Below, in pieces: positions 14,221-22,456 of a DNA stretch of 64,000 nt. Numbering within the stretch: the stretch's first letter is position 1; every line of letters starts with the position of its first letter. A model generated the notes under the pieces. The model worked only from the letters and a program-made list of their open reading frames with translations, was not told where the DNA came from and did no database searches. The stretch comes from Candidatus Poseidoniaceae archaeon (GTDB lineage Archaea; Thermoplasmatota; Poseidoniia; Poseidoniales; Poseidoniaceae). Both the position numbers and the translations under genes were made by a program. The stretch lies in the NCBI GenBank assembly GCA_938084675.1, contig CALKGM010000003.1, positions 171 through 64,170 on the forward strand, given 5' to 3'.

Positions 14221-16242
14221 ATGTTTGACACAGTTGCTATGTCCCGCCTTGCCGTGGCTGCTCCTGTTGACCGTATGGAAGAAGTTCTACGCAGTTGCAT
14301 GAAAGCAGGCTGTGTGCATGTTGAAACCTATTCAAACTTTGAAGATGGAATCAACGTTGGTTCAGCCATCTCCACTGATGACGCCAACGCAGTTAGCGCT
14401 ACTCTTTCCAAGGTCCGTGCGGCAATGTCTGCATTCAATCCAGTTAACGGAGATGGGCCCGTCTCAACCAAGCAGGTTGAAAAGATGCTCAGTGGTTCTT
14501 TCCCCGAGGTACTCCAAGAAGGCCTCAGCACTTTGGATGTGCAACGAGATTCAGAAGCAGAAATTAGCCACATTAAGGAACAGTTGCACTTGCTCGGACG
14601 TCTTCAGCCCCTGAACATGGAACTTGATTTGCTCAAAGGTTCCAGTCATGTTGAAGTCTACGTGTCCGAGACTCCCAAGGCTTCCAAAGCACGCTCGGTC
14701 TTTGGCGAACTTCTCTCCAAGGTTGAACTCATGTCTGCAGCACGAATTGTCGCTGTAGCGTGCATGCCTAGCGATTCTGCTGAGGTGCAAATGGCCCTCG
14801 GCGAACTTGGCGGCAAAGCAGTACAAATCCCCACCATCGAGGGCTCCCCCGGCAAGGCAATGGCTCGACTAAGGGATGATCTAAAGAAGGCAGAACATGC
14901 ACTTCAAACTGCAGAATCTGACGCCCAGAAGTGGGTTGAAGTAAATGGACGCAATCTACTTGCTGTTCACGAGCACCTCGCCCGTGAAGATGAGATTTTC
15001 ACTGCACCAACGCAACTTGCAGTCACCAACCAAGCTTTTGCTCTTGATGCATGGGTCCCTACAAACAAAGAGGGTGAAATCAAAGCAGCCCTCAAAGGCA
15101 TTGCATCTCACGTTGAAGTCGAAGCATTCGTCGATGACCACCACGGCCACGATGACGGCCATCACGAGCCTACTCCACCTGTTGCTCTAGAGAACGGAGT
15201 GGTTTCTAAGCCGTTTGAATTGATGGTAGACCTTGTTGGGCGCCCAACCTATGGTACCTTCGACCCAACAATGCTGATGATGATTACCTTCCCTATGATC
15301 TACGGGCTCATCCTCGGTGACTTTGGATACGGGCTCATCATCCTCTTGCTCGGAATGTGGCTCGGAACGAAATCCTTCGCAGCCGACCCTGTCGCAAAGA
15401 ACGGAATTACCATTCTAAAGTGGATGGGCGTTTGGTGTATCATCTGGGGTCTTCTCTTTGCTGAAGGATTCGGCTTCGTGTGGGATGAGGCATGGTCGCC
15501 TTTGGACGGATTCTACGCTTGGACTTACGAAAATATAGAATTCCCTGCCTTCGTTGCTAACACACTCAACATGACACACACACACATTCCATTCCACCGT
15601 GCAACCGGGGCTCTCCAGGATTATGTTCTCCTTTCAGTTTATCTTGGAGTCGTCCATATCATGCTTGGATTCATCATCGGCTTTGTGAATGTTGCTCGGG
15701 CACACGGAATCGTTCCCGCCTTCTTCGAAAAGGGAAGCTGGATGATCATCCTGACTGGTGGATTCTTCCACATCTACGGATTCCTAACCGGCAAACACGA
15801 AGTCTTCGCCGCAACCACACCTGGCTTCGCGGTTCTCGTAGGAGTTGCATGCCTCATTATTGGCCTCGCTATCTTTGAGAAGTTTGGTTGGGCTGGCGGA
15901 CTCATCATGGGACCCATTGAAACCTTCGGCCTCCTCGCCAACACCTTGTCTTACCTTCGTGTAATGGGCGTGGGCGTTGCTGGCGTTAAAATCGCTGAAG
16001 TCTCCATCACCATGGGGTGGGAGATGATGACGGCATCTGGCGCAGGTGTGATAGAAATCGTACTCGGCGCCGTTCTCTTCCTTTTCATTCAGGCCTTTGC
16101 TCTTGCACTTGGCCTTCTTTCACCAAGTATTCACGCAGCCCGTCTCCACTTCGTAGAGTGGATGGGCAAATTTTACGATGGCTCGGGCCGGGTATTTACC
16201 CCGCTTGGTGGCCGCACCCTCCATACGGAGGGGCAATCATAG
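14221..16242 (+). CDS. atpI: A-type ATP synthase subunit I (membrane stator/a subunit)
   Basis: 673 aa with a soluble N-terminal half and a C-terminal polytopic domain containing LSYLRVMGVGVAG and HAARLHFVEW. GAGGTGA at 14210-14216 precedes the ATG. Confidence 0.9.
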   Translation: MFDTVAMSRLAVAAPVDRMEEVLRSCMKAGCVHVETYSNFEDGINVGSAISTDDANAVSATLSKVRAAMSAFNPVNGDGPVSTKQVEKMLSGSFPEVLQEGLSTLDVQRDSEAEISHIKEQLHLLGRLQPLNMELDLLKGSSHVEVYVSETPKASKARSVFGELLSKVELMSAARIVAVACMPSDSAEVQMALGELGGKAVQIPTIEGSPGKAMARLRDDLKKAEHALQTAESDAQKWVEVNGRNLLAVHEHLAREDEIFTAPTQLAVTNQAFALDAWVPTNKEGEIKAALKGIASHVEVEAFVDDHHGHDDGHHEPTPPVALENGVVSKPFELMVDLVGRPTYGTFDPTMLMMITFPMIYGLILGDFGYGLIILLLGMWLGTKSFAADPVAKNGITILKWMGVWCIIWGLLFAEGFGFVWDEAWSPLDGFYAWTYENIEFPAFVANTLNMTHTHIPFHRATGALQDYVLLSVYLGVVHIMLGFIIGFVNVARAHGIVPAFFEKGSWMIILTGGFFHIYGFLTGKHEVFAATTPGFAVLVGVACLIIGLAIFEKFGWAGGLIMGPIETFGLLANTLSYLRVMGVGVAGVKIAEVSITMGWEMMTASGAGVIEIVLGAVLFLFIQAFALALGLLSPSIHAARLHFVEWMGKFYDGSGRVFTPLGGRTLHTEGQS

Positions 16243-16260
16243 TCCCCTGGACATAAAATA

Positions 16261-16266
16261 GGAGGT
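16261..16266 (+). promoter_or_regulatory. Shine-Dalgarno-like GGAGGT upstream of atpK
   Basis: Six nt upstream of ATG 16273. The same GAGGTG-type motif recurs before atpI (14210-16), atpF (18259-65), atpA (18587-91), the third KaiC-like gene (12204-09), scpA (32483-89) and scpB (33682-88). Confidence 0.6.
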
Positions 16267-16272
16267 AGAAAT

Positions 16273-16590
16273 ATGAACAAGAATACCCTAAAAACGAGCC
16301 TACGCACACTGATTGTCCTGCTAACCCTCGCCTTGGTCGCCCAAGGTGTTGCAGCAGAGACCCTTGAAGATTCGAGTGCAACAGATGGAATGACCGGCGA
16401 CGTCGGTGTTGGTCTAGCCCTTGGCCTTGCAGCCATTGGTGCTGGATTTTCCCAAGCCGCTATCGGCAGCGCTGCTGTCGGTATGCTCGCTGAAGACGGA
16501 AGCAAGTTCGGTGTTGCACTGATCTTTACCGCTCTTCCAGAATCCATCGTGATTCTTGGAGCACTTCCACTGTTCCTCGGCGGAAACTGA
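16273..16590 (+). CDS. atpK: A-type ATP synthase proteolipid subunit K (c subunit) with an N-terminal signal-like extension
   Basis: Hairpin core GLALGLAAIGAGFSQAAIGSAAVGMLAEDGSKFGVALIFTALPESIVILG. GGAGGT at 16261-16266 precedes the ATG. Confidence 0.9.
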   Translation: MNKNTLKTSLRTLIVLLTLALVAQGVAAETLEDSSATDGMTGDVGVGLALGLAAIGAGFSQAAIGSAAVGMLAEDGSKFGVALIFTALPESIVILGALPLFLGGN

Positions 16591-16594
16591 AGCG

Positions 16595-16622
16595 GTTCCA
16601 CTGGGCTAGTCCCAACTGGAAC
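16595..16622 (+). other. imperfect stem-loop directly after the atpK stop, inside the atp operon
   Basis: GTTCCA-C-TGGG, loop CTAGT, CCCA-AC-TGGAAC. It starts 5 nt after TGA 16588-90, and no T tract follows. Confidence 0.4.
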
Positions 16623-16642
16623 ACTCATACGGAGACGATATA

Positions 16643-17206
16643 ATGACATTAGATACACTAGCAAAAGACATCGCTGCATCTGCAGAAAGCGAGGCTAAAG
16701 CCCTGATTAAGGACGCCAAAGCTGAAGCCAAGGCAATCCTTGCTGAGGCCGAAACACGGTCGAACGAGATTCGTGAACAAGCCAAGCAACGTGCTGAAAA
16801 AGAAGCAGGCCAAATCGAAAGTGAATTGGTTGCAAGCGCACGTCAGTCAAATCAGAAGGATATTCTGATCGCACGACGAAAAGCCCTTGACACGACCCTT
16901 GACGCTGCTCGAGAACACATCTCAAATGCTGGGATGAAGGGACGAGATGCAGTGTTGAAGTCATTACTGGCCAATTCAAAGAAACTTGCGAAAGGCAAAT
17001 TCGTCATTCGCCCAGTTGAACTTGACCGTGCCGCCATCACCAAAGCTGCCGGCGACCGAAAGGTCGGCGAAAGCGTAGACGGACTCGGAGGATTCATCCT
17101 TGAGGCCGAAGATGGCTCCGTGTCCTTTGACATGCGCTTTGACGTACTACTTCAGCAGGCTTGGTCAGACCAACTCTCTGCAGTGAACAAGACTCTGTTT
17201 AATTGA
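16643..17206 (+). CDS. atpE: A-type ATP synthase subunit E
   Basis: An Ala/Lys/Glu-rich N-terminal helix, a globular C-terminus, and the expected operon position. Confidence 0.85.
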   Translation: MTLDTLAKDIAASAESEAKALIKDAKAEAKAILAEAETRSNEIREQAKQRAEKEAGQIESELVASARQSNQKDILIARRKALDTTLDAAREHISNAGMKGRDAVLKSLLANSKKLAKGKFVIRPVELDRAAITKAAGDRKVGESVDGLGGFILEAEDGSVSFDMRFDVLLQQAWSDQLSAVNKTLFN

Positions 17207-17219
17207 TGAAGGTGAAGAA

Positions 17220-18260
17220 ATGATGCTCGGAAACACTCCTTACATTGCCGCACGTGCTAAGTCGCGACGGCAAAAGTTGGCCGACCGAGCCCGTCTTCGT
17301 CAATTGATCAATCAATCTGTGGACCAACTGACCGTTGCGGTCGGCGACCTCGGCTACCGGACGGAAATCGACCTTTACGCTGGCAAATTAACCGGTGGAG
17401 ATTTGGTTGAGGCCGCACTAACGCACAACTTGGAGGTTGAACTCCAAGAAATTGTGGACATGAGCAACAGAGCGATTCGTCCGTTGATTGAAATCTATAC
17501 GCTGCGTTTTGAGTATCAAAATGCCAAAGCCGTCTTGAGGGCAGTTCACAACGAAATCTCCATTGAGGAAGTTGGAAACAGCATTCTCCCTGAAGTCAAC
17601 GATATCAACACGCCATGGCTCAAAGTTGTCGAAAGTTCTGATGATTTGAAATCAGCGGCTCTATTGATGCGCCGTAAATCATTCGGCTCTGCCTTAGCCC
17701 GTGTCCCTGAGGATGGGTCCTTGTCTGAGTATGAGGATGCACTTGACCGCCACTACTTCGAGACAGCCATCAAAGCCATGCGAATGGCTAAAGGTGCACC
17801 TGCTCGCTTCCTGAGTCGTTTGTTTGCCAGTGAAATTGACCACCGAAACATCGTCAATATCCTTGAAGCAAGCGCTGTTGGGATTCCTAGTGACCAATTG
17901 GTTTCGTTGCTGATTCCTGGCGGACGTCTGCTTCCAAAGCGTTCATTCTCAACCATCGCTAGCGGTGGGAGGAATGCGATGTTGGACCTGCTTCGCGCAG
18001 GAGACCGTTTTGATATGTCTGCCTTTGAAGTCGTTCTTGAGGAATCAGAATCTACCCGAAGCCTTGACCCCGTCATCACATGGATGAAAGCAAGGGAATA
18101 TGCAATGATGCAACGGATGAGCTACCTCCATCCAGTATCCGCACTCCCCATTATCCATTATGTGGCTATGAAGGTCCAAGAAGTCAATGATTTACGCCTA
18201 ATCGTCCGAGGACGACTGGCCGGCCTTAGCGCCGAAGTGCTGGAAGCACACGTTTTGTGA
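17220..18260 (+). CDS. atpC: A-type ATP synthase subunit C
   Basis: 346 aa, helical. Both the operon position between E and F and the length fit AtpC. Confidence 0.85.
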   Translation: MMLGNTPYIAARAKSRRQKLADRARLRQLINQSVDQLTVAVGDLGYRTEIDLYAGKLTGGDLVEAALTHNLEVELQEIVDMSNRAIRPLIEIYTLRFEYQNAKAVLRAVHNEISIEEVGNSILPEVNDINTPWLKVVESSDDLKSAALLMRRKSFGSALARVPEDGSLSEYEDALDRHYFETAIKAMRMAKGAPARFLSRLFASEIDHRNIVNILEASAVGIPSDQLVSLLIPGGRLLPKRSFSTIASGGRNAMLDLLRAGDRFDMSAFEVVLEESESTRSLDPVITWMKAREYAMMQRMSYLHPVSALPIIHYVAMKVQEVNDLRLIVRGRLAGLSAEVLEAHVL

Positions 18261-18266
18261 GGTGAT

Positions 18267-18569
18267 ATGATGGAGATTGCAGTTGTCGGTTCACCAGAAT
18301 TCACCCTCGGATTCCAGCTTGCAGGTGTCTCAGACCTGTACAATCCTGAAGGAGAGGAAGAATTGCATTCCATCCTTCGTTCCCTACTCAACAACAAATC
18401 CGTTGGACTCATGGTCGTCGACTCCACCATGCTTCCAACGCTGCCCGATCGTCTGCGTGACTTACTTTCGGCATCCGTCTCCCCAACCGTTCTTGGCATC
18501 GGTACGGAGGAAGACACCACCTTGCGTGATACCATTCGTAAGGCAATAGGAGTCGATCTTTGGAAGTGA
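18267..18569 (+). CDS. atpF: A-type ATP synthase subunit F
   Basis: MEIAVVGSPEFTLGFQLAGV is typical of AtpF. Tandem ATGs at 18267 and 18270 follow GAGGTGA at 18259-18265. Confidence 0.85.
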   Translation: MMEIAVVGSPEFTLGFQLAGVSDLYNPEGEEELHSILRSLLNNKSVGLMVVDSTMLPTLPDRLRDLLSASVSPTVLGIGTEEDTTLRDTIRKAIGVDLWK

Positions 18570-18599
18570 AGTTCCAAATAAAATCTGGAGGAATACAAA

Positions 18600-20339
18600 A
18601 TGAACAATGAAGGAGTAATTTACAGAATATCTGGGCCTGTCGTGACCGCAACTGGCATGAACGCTGCAATGTATGACGTTGTACGTGTCGGCCATGAAGG
18701 ACTAATGGGCGAAGTGATTGAATTGCACGGCGAAAAAGCCGTGATTCAAGTTTACGAAGATACATCGGGTATCCGACCTGGAGAACCGGTGTTGAACACA
18801 CAAGAAACACTCTCAGTCTCTCTCGGACCCGGTTTGTTGACACAAATTTACGATGGAATTCAACGCCCTCTTCCTACACTTGAAGAAGAAATGGGTGTGT
18901 TCATCACTCGTGGTGTTGATGCTGATGCATTTGACCTCGAAAAGATTTGGACGTTTGAACCTCAAGTCGCAGTTGGCGATGAAGTGGTCGCAGGACAAGT
19001 GATTGGCCACGTCCAAGAAACCGAAACAATCGTTCACAAAATCATGGTACCTCCTTCAGTTAGTGGTGTTGTGAAATCGATTGAATCCGGAGATTACAAC
19101 GTTACACAAACCATTTGTGTACTCGATAACGGTACTGAAATGCAAATGATGCAAAAGTGGCCTGTCCGAACTCCTCGTCCTTTCCAGCAGAAGTATGCAC
19201 CAGAAACGCCGCTGATCACAGGTATGCGAATTCTGGATTTCCTGTTCCCTCTCGCTAAGGGTGGAGCTGCAGGAATTCCTGGTCCATTCGGTTCAGGAAA
19301 GACGGTCACACAACAATCACTCGCAAAGTACTCCGATGCACAACTCGTTGTGTACATTGGATGCGGTGAGCGTGGAAACGAGATGACTGAAGTGTTGGAC
19401 GAGTTCCCTCACTTGATTGATCCAAACACCGGCAAGCCCCTCATGGAGCGAACGGTCATGATTGCGAACACATCAAACATGCCGGTTGCTGCCCGTGAAG
19501 CATCTGTTTACACAGGAATCACCATTGCGGAATACTTCCGTGACATGGGCTACGACGTCGCTTTGATGGCTGACTCAACCTCACGATGGGCTGAAGCAAT
19601 GCGTGAGATTTCCTCTCGTCTTGAAGAGATGCCTGGTGAAGAAGGATACCCTGCTTACCTCTCGTCCCGAATTGCAGAATTCTACGAACGAGCTGGCCGT
19701 GTTGAAACACTCAACGGCGATGACGGGTCCGTAACCGTTATCGGTGCTGTGTCACCACCTGGTGGAGATATTTCAGAACCAGTTTCCCAAGGAACTCTGC
19801 GAATTGTCAAGGTGTTCTGGGGTCTTGATGCAGGACTTGCCCGACAACGGCACTTCCCCGCAATCAACTGGCTCAATTCGTACTCTCTGTACCCACAGAG
19901 TCTCGACCAATGGTTCCGGGATAACATCTCACAGGACTTCCCCGAAGTCCGAACACAAATCAGTGGTTTGCTTCAAATTGAATCCGAATTGCAAGAAATT
20001 GTTCAATTGGTCGGGTCTGATGCTCTACCAACAGACCAACAACTAACTCTAGAAGTCGCACGAATGATTCGTGAGTACTTCCTTCAACAGAATGGATTCC
20101 ACGATGTTGATGCATACTGTGACATCCACTTGCAGTATCAGATGGCAAAAGCCATCCTGTCGTTCCAAGATGCAGCAAAGTCTGCAATGGCCAGTGGCGC
20201 AGTTCTCAACGATGTTGTGAACGTCCCCGCTCGCTCCGACCTCATGCGAGGTCGTTTCGAGAAAGGTTACATTGACGTCATCGCTGACATGGTCAAGAAA
20301 ATGACCGATCAAATCGCCGAAACGGTGGAGGAAAACTGA
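18600..20339 (+). CDS. atpA: A-type ATP synthase catalytic subunit A (no intein)
   Basis: GPFGSGKTV Walker A and the conserved [33 protein letters not shown] block. GGAGG at 18587-18591 precedes the ATG. Confidence 0.97.
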   Translation: MNNEGVIYRISGPVVTATGMNAAMYDVVRVGHEGLMGEVIELHGEKAVIQVYEDTSGIRPGEPVLNTQETLSVSLGPGLLTQIYDGIQRPLPTLEEEMGVFITRGVDADAFDLEKIWTFEPQVAVGDEVVAGQVIGHVQETETIVHKIMVPPSVSGVVKSIESGDYNVTQTICVLDNGTEMQMMQKWPVRTPRPFQQKYAPETPLITGMRILDFLFPLAKGGAAGIPGPFGSGKTVTQQSLAKYSDAQLVVYIGCGERGNEMTEVLDEFPHLIDPNTGKPLMERTVMIANTSNMPVAAREASVYTGITIAEYFRDMGYDVALMADSTSRWAEAMREISSRLEEMPGEEGYPAYLSSRIAEFYERAGRVETLNGDDGSVTVIGAVSPPGGDISEPVSQGTLRIVKVFWGLDAGLARQRHFPAINWLNSYSLYPQSLDQWFRDNISQDFPEVRTQISGLLQIESELQEIVQLVGSDALPTDQQLTLEVARMIREYFLQQNGFHDVDAYCDIHLQYQMAKAILSFQDAAKSAMASGAVLNDVVNVPARSDLMRGRFEKGYIDVIADMVKKMTDQIAETVEEN

Positions 20340-20352
20340 GGAGAGGAATATC

Positions 20353-21732
20353 ATGACTGGAAAAGAATACCGAACCATTACTGACGTGAAAGGACCTCTG
20401 GTCTTTTTGAACAAAACTGAACCTGTTGCCTTTGGAGAAATCGTCACGCTACGACTTTCCAATGGTACCATCAAGAACGGACAAGTTCTCGACACCTCTG
20501 ACGACCTCGTTATCGTCCAAGTGTTTGAAGGAACTGCAAAGATTGACCGTGAATCCGGTGTTACCTTCATGGGCGATGTCTTCAAACTCCCAGTGAGCAC
20601 CGACCTTGTCGGTCGTATCTTGGACGGAGCTGGACGACCTCGTGACGGCGGCCCAGAAATTGTCGCTGACGAAAAGGCAGACATCATTGGTGCTGCAATC
20701 AATCCATACAGCCGACAGAGCCCAAACGATTTCATTCAAACAGGTGTCTCTGCAATTGACCTTTGTACCAGCCTTGTCCGTGGACAGAAGTTGCCAATTT
20801 TCTCGGCATCTGGTCTGCCACACAACGACATTGCTCTACAAATTGCTCGTCAAGCAAAGCTAAAGGACTCCGATGAAGAATTTATTGTTGTCTTCTGTGC
20901 AATGGGGATCACCGCTGAAGAATACAACTTCTTCCGCTCTGACTTGGAGCGAACTGGCGCACTTGAAAACGCTGTATTGTTCGTTAACCTTGCAGATGAC
21001 CCGGCTGTTGAGCGTATCATTACGCCTCGTCTTGCCTTAACTGCTGCAGAATACCTCGCTTTCGAGAAAGATTACCACGTACTCGTTATCTACACTGACA
21101 TGACCAACTACTGTGACGCTCTTCGTCAAATTGGTGCTGCTCGTGAAGAAGTACCAGGACGCCGTGGTTACCCAGGTTACATGTACACCGATTTGGCCAT
21201 GCTCTACGAGCGTGCAGGAATTATCAAGAACAAGAAGGGTTCAATCACTCAATTCCCAATTCTTACCATGCCTGGTGACGATATCACCCACCCGATTCCC
21301 GACCTTTCCGGATACATTACTGAAGGACAAATCGTTATTTCACGTGAATTGCACCAACAAGGTATCTATCCGCCGATCAACGTTCTACCATCTCTCTCAC
21401 GACTGATGGGTTCGTGTATTGGTGAGAAGACGACCCGTGAGGACCACAAGTCGGTTTCCGACCAAATGTACGCTGCATACGCACAAGGCCGTGAACTCCG
21501 TGGTCTGGTTGCCATTGTCGGTGAAGACGCCCTCAACGAGCGAGACAAGCAACTTCTCGACTTCTCCGGTGTGTTTGAAGACAAGTTCCTTCGCCAAACC
21601 CGTGATGAGGACCGTTCTATTGAGGAAACACTTGACCTGTGCTGGACTCTTATGTCTGCAATTGATACAAAGTACCTCGTTCGTCTTGACCAAAAGTGGA
21701 TTGACAAGTACCATCCAGATAACCGAGCTTGA
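20353..21732 (+). CDS. atpB: A-type ATP synthase subunit B
   Basis: [15 protein letters not shown] and [38 protein letters not shown]. Confidence 0.97.
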   Translation: MTGKEYRTITDVKGPLVFLNKTEPVAFGEIVTLRLSNGTIKNGQVLDTSDDLVIVQVFEGTAKIDRESGVTFMGDVFKLPVSTDLVGRILDGAGRPRDGGPEIVADEKADIIGAAINPYSRQSPNDFIQTGVSAIDLCTSLVRGQKLPIFSASGLPHNDIALQIARQAKLKDSDEEFIVVFCAMGITAEEYNFFRSDLERTGALENAVLFVNLADDPAVERIITPRLALTAAEYLAFEKDYHVLVIYTDMTNYCDALRQIGAAREEVPGRRGYPGYMYTDLAMLYERAGIIKNKKGSITQFPILTMPGDDITHPIPDLSGYITEGQIVISRELHQQGIYPPINVLPSLSRLMGSCIGEKTTREDHKSVSDQMYAAYAQGRELRGLVAIVGEDALNERDKQLLDFSGVFEDKFLRQTRDEDRSIEETLDLCWTLMSAIDTKYLVRLDQKWIDKYHPDNRA

Positions 21733-21766
21733 ACACTAACGATAACTGATACACGAGGGGAATGCT

Positions 21767-22384
21767 ATGGCACTGGACATCAAACCAACCCGAAGCGAAC
21801 TCATCAAATTGAAGGCTCGAATCAAGCAGACCAAAAACGGTTACAAGTTGTTGAAAATGAAGCGGGACGGACTGTTCCACGAATTCCGACAACTCCTTTC
21901 CGTTATGATTGAGGCCAAGAAAGACTTGACCAATGCTTACCGTCTTGCTAAGACAAGGATTGACCTCGCAAATGCAATTGAAGGTGGTCTGGCAGTTCGT
22001 GCTGCAGCAATCGCTAATTCAGCGCATCCAGAGGTTGAGGTTGAACGCCGAAACATCATGGGTGTTGTTGTTCCAAGTGTAAGTGGAACCAACTTGAAGT
22101 CCACCTTCGCAGAACGTGGAATTGGTTTCATAGGTTCTTCGCCCTACATAGATGAAGCAAGCGATTCTTTCAGTGAATTGATTGAAAAGATTGTTACTGC
22201 TGCAGAAATGGAAGCCACACTGAAGCGACTTCTTGCTGAGATTGAGGCAACAAAGCGCCGTGTTAACGCCCTCGAATTCAAGGTCATTCCAGAACTTGAA
22301 GAAGCCAAGGTATTCATTCAACTTCGCCTCGAAGAAATGGAACGTGAAGAGACGTTCAGATTGAAGCGATTCAAGAACAAGTGA
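21767..22384 (+). CDS. atpD: A-type ATP synthase subunit D
   Basis: IKPTRSELIKLKARIKQTKNGYKLLKMKRD and the C-terminal KRRVNALEFKVIP motif. Confidence 0.9.
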   Translation: MALDIKPTRSELIKLKARIKQTKNGYKLLKMKRDGLFHEFRQLLSVMIEAKKDLTNAYRLAKTRIDLANAIEGGLAVRAAAIANSAHPEVEVERRNIMGVVVPSVSGTNLKSTFAERGIGFIGSSPYIDEASDSFSELIEKIVTAAEMEATLKRLLAEIEATKRRVNALEFKVIPELEEAKVFIQLRLEEMEREETFRLKRFKNK

Positions 22385-22456
22385 ACCCGTCTGCCCGTGC
22401 CCTCCTAACGAGGGATTCATGGGGGATGGGCATTACCGAGTGTTGGGTGGGGTACG

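Noticed and set aside
16173-20735. Long antisense ORFs inside the atp operon: 16173-16679 (168 aa), 18158-18607 (149 aa) and 20049-20735 (228 aa, spanning the atpA/atpB junction).
   Set aside because: They lie opposite strongly supported, motif-rich ATP synthase genes and have Ser/Arg/Pro-rich, low-information translations. They carry no start-site signals. This is typical of shadow ORFs on the complement of coding sequence.
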